Source: an uncultured candidate division Zixibacteria bacterium (lineage in GTDB: Bacteria; Zixibacteria; MSB-5A5; UBA10806). Taken from it: a DNA stretch of 64,000 nt. Positions 57,690-64,000 of the stretch are shown here, piece by piece. Below the pieces are notes generated by a model. That model searched no databases. It was not told where the DNA came from and saw only the letters and a list, made by a program, of their open reading frames with translations. The translations under genes and the position numbers were made by a program. Position 1 is the first letter of the stretch. The number at the start of each line of letters is the position of its first letter. The stretch covers positions 1,728,001 through 1,792,000 of the forward strand of contig CAWDFP010000006.1 of assembly GCA_963801605.1 (NCBI GenBank), in the 5' to 3' direction.

Positions 57690-58643
57690 ATGGAAAAGGA
57701 TATGCCCAAAGAATTATTGGATACTAAACAGTCAATGCAAGACCAGGATTTAGGCCTGGGTTTTAGGGTCATTCAAAATCAGAAAACTCGGTTTATTAAT
57801 CGGGATGGCACATTTAATGTCTATAAGAAAAGCGCCTTTGGCCGCGGATGGTTCAGCATGTACCATGCGATCCTGGCCATGTCCTGGTTTACATTCATGA
57901 CATGGGTATCTGGGCTGTTTCTAACGGCAAATGCGATCTTTGCAGCCGCCTATCAATTAACCGGTCCTGCGGCTTTTCCCGTTCTATCCAATATCGGAGC
58001 AGGGCAGAGATATGTTCAGCTTTTTCTATATAGCGTTCAGATATTGACGACTCTTGGAGCCAGCCCGCTTCACCCGGCCACAGTTTGGGGCAATGTCGTT
58101 CTCGACATCGAAGCTGCCCTGGGGCTATTGGGATTTGCTGTCGCAACGGGACTAATATTAGCCCGAATATCTAACCCGTCGACAAAGATTATGTTCAGCG
58201 ACAAGGCGGTGATAGCTCCTTACAAAGATATTACAGGACTAATGTTCCGGATAATTAATGGCCGAAGCAATGAGCTTATTGAAGTGACAGCGGCGGTGAC
58301 GCTGGTAATAATCGATGGCAGCGGTCAGAGGCAATTTCAGCAACTGGCCCTTGAGCGAGAAATGGTCCTGGTCTTTCCTCTGAATTGGACAGTAGTTCAT
58401 CCCATCGACGAAAAGAGCCCTCTTTGGGGATTGAATGCCGAAAGTTTGGCAAAGGCAAATGCCGAGTTTATAATTATAATTACCGCCATCGATAAGGATC
58501 TGGATAGAAAAGTATATGCGCGTTTTTCTTATTGGCACGATGAGCTAATATTTGGCGCCAGATTCGTAACAATGATTGAACAATCATCGGATGGCACAGT
58601 TGTAACCAATCCGAGCCTCTTGGATAAAATCGAAAGAGTATGA
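57690..58643 (+). CDS. KirBac-like inward-rectifier ion channel with non-canonical filter
   Basis: YHAILAMSW slide helix, 2 TM, FSDKAVI, LMFRIINGR, WTVVHPIDEKSPL; filter TTLGAS. Confidence 0.88.
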   Translation: MEKDMPKELLDTKQSMQDQDLGLGFRVIQNQKTRFINRDGTFNVYKKSAFGRGWFSMYHAILAMSWFTFMTWVSGLFLTANAIFAAAYQLTGPAAFPVLSNIGAGQRYVQLFLYSVQILTTLGASPLHPATVWGNVVLDIEAALGLLGFAVATGLILARISNPSTKIMFSDKAVIAPYKDITGLMFRIINGRSNELIEVTAAVTLVIIDGSGQRQFQQLALEREMVLVFPLNWTVVHPIDEKSPLWGLNAESLAKANAEFIIIITAIDKDLDRKVYARFSYWHDELIFGARFVTMIEQSSDGTVVTNPSLLDKIERV

Positions 58644-58685
58644 ATTTCCGTTTCCCAGATTATTATTTTATTATTTAAAATCAAT

Positions 58686-58722
58686 AACCGGGCAATCCCC
58701 AACCGTTGGACTGCCCGGTTTC
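58686..58722 (+). terminator. hairpin after the channel gene
   Basis: AACCGGGCA...TGCCCGGTT. Confidence 0.55.
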
Positions 58723-58902
58723 TCCCCCCAAGTATGATATTTATACCCAAAAGATGCAAAAAGGTCAACACTCATTGAATGCGTAGCTAGTAAGTAGTAA
58801 TTTATTCGGAGTATCATTTGGCTATATATAAAGCTCTATGATATTGAAAACGAAATGGTTATGAGCTATCTTTGGATTTGATGAGCAGGAGGATATGGAT
58901 AA

Positions 58903-59613
58903 ATGATATCGGAATTTAAGGCCAATTGCCTGATCTGCGGAGAGGAGCTTGCTTATCTCGATAAGCCCGAACCTATGAAGTGTATGTATTGCGGCACTCA
59001 AGCGGATTCCAATGTCAGGTGTCTGGGCGGCCATTTTATCTGCGATCAATGCCACAGTCTACGGGGCAATGAATTGATCAAACAATATTCTATCGATACT
59101 TCTCTCGTGGATCCGCTTGAGATAGCAGTGATATTGATGCGCGATGAAAGAATCAAGATGCATGGTCCTGAACATCATTTGCTCGTTCCGGCAGTCTTGT
59201 TAGCGGCATATTATAATTCCAGGGGCGAAATGGCGGCCAAAGCGGAAAAAATCGAACAGGCTCAAACGCGAGCCCGGAATGTTTTGGGAGGGTTCTGCGG
59301 ATTTTATGGAGCCTGCGGCGCCGCTATAGGCACAGGAATTTTTATCAGCCTGATAACCGGGGCAACTCCTCTTTCAAAAAACGAATGGAAATTAGCCAAT
59401 TTGCTGACGTCGCGAAGCTTGAGTAAAATAGCCGGGCTTGGCGGGCCCAGATGCTGTAAGAGAGATACATTTCTGGCGATTCTGGAAGCTGCCGATTTTT
59501 TAGTTGAGAATTTCAATACCAGGCTATCGATCAAGCGCGATATTAAATGCGAATTTTCTGATTATATTAGAGAATGTCTCGAAGCCGAATGCCCCTTTTA
59601 TTCTAAAAGATGA
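58903..59613 (+). CDS. Cys-rich DUF5714 family protein
   Basis: CLICG, CMYCG, HFICDQCH, MHGPEHH, GGFCGFYGACGA, GGPRCCKR. Confidence 0.8.
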   Translation: MISEFKANCLICGEELAYLDKPEPMKCMYCGTQADSNVRCLGGHFICDQCHSLRGNELIKQYSIDTSLVDPLEIAVILMRDERIKMHGPEHHLLVPAVLLAAYYNSRGEMAAKAEKIEQAQTRARNVLGGFCGFYGACGAAIGTGIFISLITGATPLSKNEWKLANLLTSRSLSKIAGLGGPRCCKRDTFLAILEAADFLVENFNTRLSIKRDIKCEFSDYIRECLEAECPFYSKR

Positions 59614-60281
59614 ATTCAAAAATTGACAAACTAATTAGGTCGAAACGCCGGACGATCGGACTACAGATTGCATCCGATGCCACTTTAATAGTGCGGGTTC
59701 CCAAATCGGCCAAAATGGATGAAATCGAAAAAGTAATTGCCAAACATGGAGAGTGGATTCGGAAGAAGAAAGAGCAAGTACTTACCGAATATAAAATAAT
59801 ACCCATCAGACAATTTGTCGAAGGTGAAGGCATACCATATTTGGGAGCAAATTATAGGTTGCACTTAACAGCCGCTCCGACTGATATTCTCAGGTTGAAC
59901 GATGCTTTTTATCTGTCGGAAAAATATCAGCATTTCGCCAAAAAAGTGTTTACGCAATGGTTTAAGAATCAAGCCCAAGTGATTATAAAACAACGGGTTG
60001 AATGTTACGCTGCGAGGCTGGGCTTAAAGTATGGGAGAATTAGAATCACCAATGCTGCCAGGCGCTGGGGTTCTTGTAGTCATAAGGGGAATCTCAATTT
60101 CGCCTGGCGACTGGTGCTGGCTCCTATCGAGGCTATCGATTATGTGGTGGCGCATGAGGTTGTCCATCTGGAGATTAAAAATCATTCGAAACGATTTTGG
60201 GATAAGGTTGAATCGATTTACCCCGGATATAAAGTTCAGCGCAAATGGCTCAGGGACAATCAACGGGCGTTAAATCTATAG
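59610..60281 (+). CDS. YgjP/DUF45 (SprT-like) zinc metalloprotein
   Basis: RSKRRTI, RWGSCS, DYVVAHEVVHL...NHSKRFW. Confidence 0.9.
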   Translation: MNSKIDKLIRSKRRTIGLQIASDATLIVRVPKSAKMDEIEKVIAKHGEWIRKKKEQVLTEYKIIPIRQFVEGEGIPYLGANYRLHLTAAPTDILRLNDAFYLSEKYQHFAKKVFTQWFKNQAQVIIKQRVECYAARLGLKYGRIRITNAARRWGSCSHKGNLNFAWRLVLAPIEAIDYVVAHEVVHLEIKNHSKRFWDKVESIYPGYKVQRKWLRDNQRALNL

Positions 60282-60304
60282 AAACTTTTTTAGGGCAATA
60301 AGAA

Positions 60305-60751
60305 ATGCTTAAATATTTTCTACTTTTGACCTGCATAATTCCCCTGATTGCAGCCTGTCCAAAGCATCAAATTAACGATAAGTCAAAACCTGACGCGTTA
60401 GCTAGACCCGGGTCATCAGCCATAGCTAATCCGGCGGCGGTGCTTGTTCAACGCGAGAGTGCACTATACAAAAAGCTGAATGGAACGGGCTTTAAATACG
60501 AGATCAGAAATGGGGACGAGGGCCAGCGCGGCGTAGTTATTTTTCCCGATAGTTCCGAGTGTGATGAGTGGAGATTCTATTCAGGCGAGTGCGGCCAAAA
60601 ATGGAGCTTTTGCGAACAGTCGGGGTATCGGCTGGTTTCAGCTATTGACACCAGCGGCGGGTTTAGTTCGTCGCGAGGCGTCTGCGTTTTTCCCGACAGC
60701 ACCAGTTGTCCCGAATGGGAATTTGTTTCCGGAGCATGCGAGCCGAGATAA
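60305..60751 (+). CDS. lipoprotein with DUF333-like Cys repeats
   Basis: lipobox IAAC; IANPA; repeated FPDS..C.EW.F.SG.C. Confidence 0.7.
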   Translation: MLKYFLLLTCIIPLIAACPKHQINDKSKPDALARPGSSAIANPAAVLVQRESALYKKLNGTGFKYEIRNGDEGQRGVVIFPDSSECDEWRFYSGECGQKWSFCEQSGYRLVSAIDTSGGFSSSRGVCVFPDSTSCPEWEFVSGACEPR

Positions 60752-60904
60752 TGGCTCTATAATCGATAACTAAATCGTCTATAAATAAGAGAAGCAGTTT
60801 TGGCGGGCCGAGAGATGCAGGGCTATTTTCATCGGGAAAAATACCCGATTGCCGTCAATTATTCAAACGTAATGTCGATAAAGATTATAGGGAGAATATA
60901 GAGC

Positions 60905-62470
60905 TTGATATTTGCGTCAAAAGTTGGAAAGATTTACCCTTATCTGCACCTGCTTCTTTTGGGCGCCTGTTTACTTTGGTATCGTTTTGGCAAGGCCGCT
61001 CAAGATTCAGAGTTAATAATTCTCTATGCGCTTTTGGGATACGCCTTAATCGTTCTATTTTTCGGATGGCTGGGACGGCGGAAATATGCAGCCTCTGCGA
61101 ACCTGTTTTTTGCTCACTCTTTATTCGATGCTGCCATAATATCGATAGTCATTCGCTATACGGGCGGATTTAATTCCGAATTTTATCTGGCATTTTTCCC
61201 GGTGGTTGCCCTGGCCTCGGTGGTTTCCAACGGCTGGCGCGCCTATATTTTGGCAATCTGGTATGGTCTCTGCTACTGGGCCGGCCTATATCCGATCGGC
61301 GTTCATAGTTTCCTGTTGCAAACTTTTATCCTGCGCCTTGGTTCAATTTGGTGTGTGGGTTTGGCCGTGTACGCAGTTGCTGAATCGATGCGTTTATCGG
61401 AAAACAAGCTGCTTAAGACACTCGATGTTCTGAACGAGCGAACCTGGGAACTGGAAAGTTCTCAGGCTCAACTTAGCGATATTTATGAAACTACCAGGGC
61501 CCTTTCGGGTATATTAGACTTAAATCAGCTTTTGACCGCCGTACTCGATGTCGCTCACCGGATATTCAGACTTAAAAAATGTCAAATTTATCTCTCGAAT
61601 GTAACATCCGACCGCCTGTTCCTTTTCGCCAGTCTGGCAAATAGCAATAAGCGGATATTCGAAAAGCCGCCGATGCATGCCCGTGATATTTCGTCTCTGG
61701 TCGATATGGGCGACCGCACCAGTATGTTGAAACGCTTAAATTACGACAACAAAGAAGCGAGTTCAAACAGCATCGATATTCCCCTCGTTTCACGCGGCAA
61801 AGTTATGGGAATTATGAAAGTTGAAACCGAAAAGGGCAACCAGCCGGATGATCGCGAACGGCATCTTCTCATGATTTTCGCCAACGCAGCGGCGGTGGCA
61901 ATCGATAACTCTCTATTGCATAAAAAGACGGAAGAGCTTACAATAATAGACGAGTTGACTGAATTGTTTAATTACAGGTACTTCAGGAATAAGCTCTCTG
62001 ACGAGCTCAGGCGCGCCGATCGATACCGTCAGAGGTTCTCGGTGCTGATGATGGATCTGGATCATTTCAAGAAAATTAATGATGAGCATGGCCATCAAAC
62101 GGGAAATATCGTTCTGCGTGAGATTTCAGGGATCGTCAAACAATGTGTCCGCGACGTCGATATCGTGGCTCGCTACGGAGGCGAGGAATTTGTGGTCATT
62201 CTGCCTCAAACCGGAGACGATGATGCTCTGGTTATCGCAGAGCGAATCAGGAGCACCGTTCAAAAAGCATTCTTTTCCAACTCCCAGGGGCAGCGGGATA
62301 TTCAAATGACGATCTCAATCGGTATAGCGAGCTATCCCAATGGAGTTAAAACTCTGGATCAGCTTATTGAAAAGGCTGACAAGACGATGTATCAGGCCAA
62401 AGCCCTGGGGCGGAATAGAGTCCAGGTTTCGGATAATATGAAGACTACCGGCGTTAAAATAGCAGTATGA
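60905..62470 (+). CDS. membrane-bound GAF-GGDEF diguanylate cyclase
   Basis: N-terminal TMs, GAF, DELTELFN, RDVD I-site, RYGGEEF. Confidence 0.92.
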   Translation: MIFASKVGKIYPYLHLLLLGACLLWYRFGKAAQDSELIILYALLGYALIVLFFGWLGRRKYAASANLFFAHSLFDAAIISIVIRYTGGFNSEFYLAFFPVVALASVVSNGWRAYILAIWYGLCYWAGLYPIGVHSFLLQTFILRLGSIWCVGLAVYAVAESMRLSENKLLKTLDVLNERTWELESSQAQLSDIYETTRALSGILDLNQLLTAVLDVAHRIFRLKKCQIYLSNVTSDRLFLFASLANSNKRIFEKPPMHARDISSLVDMGDRTSMLKRLNYDNKEASSNSIDIPLVSRGKVMGIMKVETEKGNQPDDRERHLLMIFANAAAVAIDNSLLHKKTEELTIIDELTELFNYRYFRNKLSDELRRADRYRQRFSVLMMDLDHFKKINDEHGHQTGNIVLREISGIVKQCVRDVDIVARYGGEEFVVILPQTGDDDALVIAERIRSTVQKAFFSNSQGQRDIQMTISIGIASYPNGVKTLDQLIEKADKTMYQAKALGRNRVQVSDNMKTTGVKIAV

Positions 62471-63438
62471 GTTTTAACGGCGCCAAATTCTTTATCCTCG
62501 GTTTTACGGGTCATACCCTCAATTCAGATTTCGCAAAATTTATCGAATCCAATCCGCCGGCCGGATTTTTGCTTTTGGGAGAAAATTATAAAGATGAAAA
62601 GCAATTAGGGGGTTTGATCTCCGGACTTAAGGCAATTGCCGGGGTCGACGCCCTAATAACGGTTGATCAGGAGCCGGGGAGGGTTCAGCGTTTCAAGGAC
62701 GGTTTCCCGGTTTCGAAAAAACCACGGCATTATCTAAAAGCGGGCAATATTCCGGAATACAAGGAATGGTGTACAACTACTGCCGAAAAGATGGCTGAGC
62801 TGGGAATCAATGTCAATTTAGCGCCGATGGTAGATCTCTGGCCTTTAGAGAAGGATTACGCGGTCTTGAATGACAGATCATTCGGCGATGAACCTGACAG
62901 AGTAGCGGAATTCGCCGGAATTTTAATTGAGGAGTTCCGGAAATTTCACATTCTAACCTGTGCCAAGCATTTTCCCGGGTTAGGTTCAGCTAAAGGTGAT
63001 CCGCATTCAGTTCTGTCAACATCCAACGAAAAGCTTGAACATTTCCTGGATTATCATTGGCGGCCATTCAAACAGGCCGTAATAAGCGAAGTCGCCATGA
63101 TCATGACGACTCATCTTCTTTGCCCGGCGCTCGACTCGCAAAATTGTGCCACATACTCAGGCAATGTTATCAGCCATTTGAGGAATACAGTCGGTCATCG
63201 AGGGGTGATCGTATCGGATGATCTTTATATGGCGGGCGCTCAAACCGGCAGGGATGCCGGCCAGGCCGCTTGCGATTCGCTGTATGCAGGGCATAATCTT
63301 CTGATAATATCGCGCGACCTCGAATTCCAGCGCGAGGCCGTATCGGCCGTAAAAAAACGCTTTGAAGAAGACGAGGCCTTTGGTAAAATAGCATCCGAAT
63401 ATGATAAAAGGCTCAAAGCCCTCAGGAATGCCCGCTAA
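62467..63438 (+). CDS. nagZ: beta-N-acetylhexosaminidase (GH3)
   Basis: VDQEPGRVQR, KHFPGLG...DPH, SDDL. Confidence 0.88.
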   Translation: MSFNGAKFFILGFTGHTLNSDFAKFIESNPPAGFLLLGENYKDEKQLGGLISGLKAIAGVDALITVDQEPGRVQRFKDGFPVSKKPRHYLKAGNIPEYKEWCTTTAEKMAELGINVNLAPMVDLWPLEKDYAVLNDRSFGDEPDRVAEFAGILIEEFRKFHILTCAKHFPGLGSAKGDPHSVLSTSNEKLEHFLDYHWRPFKQAVISEVAMIMTTHLLCPALDSQNCATYSGNVISHLRNTVGHRGVIVSDDLYMAGAQTGRDAGQAACDSLYAGHNLLIISRDLEFQREAVSAVKKRFEEDEAFGKIASEYDKRLKALRNAR

Positions 63439-64000
63439 GTTCCTTCCACAATTATTGCATCAAAAGCCGCTATATATTATTGGGCTTAATTCCGGCACCA
63501 GCGCTGACGGTTTCGATATGGCTTATTCCAGATTCTCCCGCTTGGAAAAACCGGAGATATTGAAAACCCGATCATATAATTATCCCGATGAACTTCGGAA
63601 TCGAATAATCGCTTTGGCGGAGCCTGAATTTGTGGATGGAGTCGAGTGGATGGCGCTCGACTACGAACTTGGAGATATGTTCGGAGATGCCGTCAAACAA
63701 TTTGCGTTAAGAATAAGAAAAGCCAAAGGGACAATAGATTTGGTTGGCTCTCATGGGCAAACCATTCGGCATCTTCCAAATAAATATAACAAGCCACTTA
63801 CCTTGCAGGTAGGCGATCCATCCATAATTGCCAGAAAATCCGGTTTGCCGGTTGTGGCGGACTTCCGTCGTTCCGACATTGCGGCGGGGGGAGAAGGGGC
63901 GCCTCTTTCGCCGATTTTGCATGAGGCGCTTTTCAGAGTCAAGAATAAATGGCGTGCAGTAGTCAATATTGGCGGGATTGCCAATATTACGATTTTGCCG
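63428..64000 (+). CDS. anmK: anhydro-N-acetylmuramic acid kinase, runs off the window end
   Basis: absent from the ORF track; reads IGLNSGTSADG, GSHGQTIRH, TLQVGD, DFRRSDIAAGGEGAPL, NIGGIANIT. Confidence 0.93.
   Translation, partial: MPAKFLPQLLHQKPLYIIGLNSGTSADGFDMAYSRFSRLEKPEILKTRSYNYPDELRNRIIALAEPEFVDGVEWMALDYELGDMFGDAVKQFALRIRKAKGTIDLVGSHGQTIRHLPNKYNKPLTLQVGDPSIIARKSGLPVVADFRRSDIAAGGEGAPLSPILHEALFRVKNKWRAVVNIGGIANITILP

Overview
Bacterial chromosome segment of about 45% GC (estimated by eye). The lineage is probably an uncultured FCB-group one, Zixibacteria-like; this is inferred from the NYPNPFN-type C-terminal domain, FN3/cohesin-like secreted proteins and gene content, not from a database search. 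It carries one complete rRNA operon (16S, tRNA-Ile, tRNA-Ala, 23S, 5S). The 23S gene is interrupted by a 353-nt ORF-less group I intron in helix 69 (E. coli position 1923, the I-CeuI site). Right after the 5S gene is a small accessory zone: an MNT-HepT (DUF86) toxin-antitoxin module bracketed by the 5S gene and a remodelled copy of the 5S 3' half, a decayed MtlR/HEPN gene, small stress genes, two GT4 genes and a second HepT relic before tRNA-Gly. The rest is mostly housekeeping: tldD/pmbA, a CBS-like enzyme, a two-gene BMC satellite locus, purD-purE, galT-glgA, der-plsY-gpsA, xseB-dxs-nadK-recN, a split MprF/AcvB system, sodB, rmlBADC with exosortase-associated FemAB and hydrolase genes, and a diguanylate cyclase-nagZ-anmK operon. 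Notable protein oddities are a KirBac-type channel with a TLGAS filter in place of TxGYG and a GH57-like protein lacking its nucleophile Glu. About ten conserved genes are broken by single-base insertions, most likely uncorrected long-read errors. No CRISPR array, integrase or transposase was seen.
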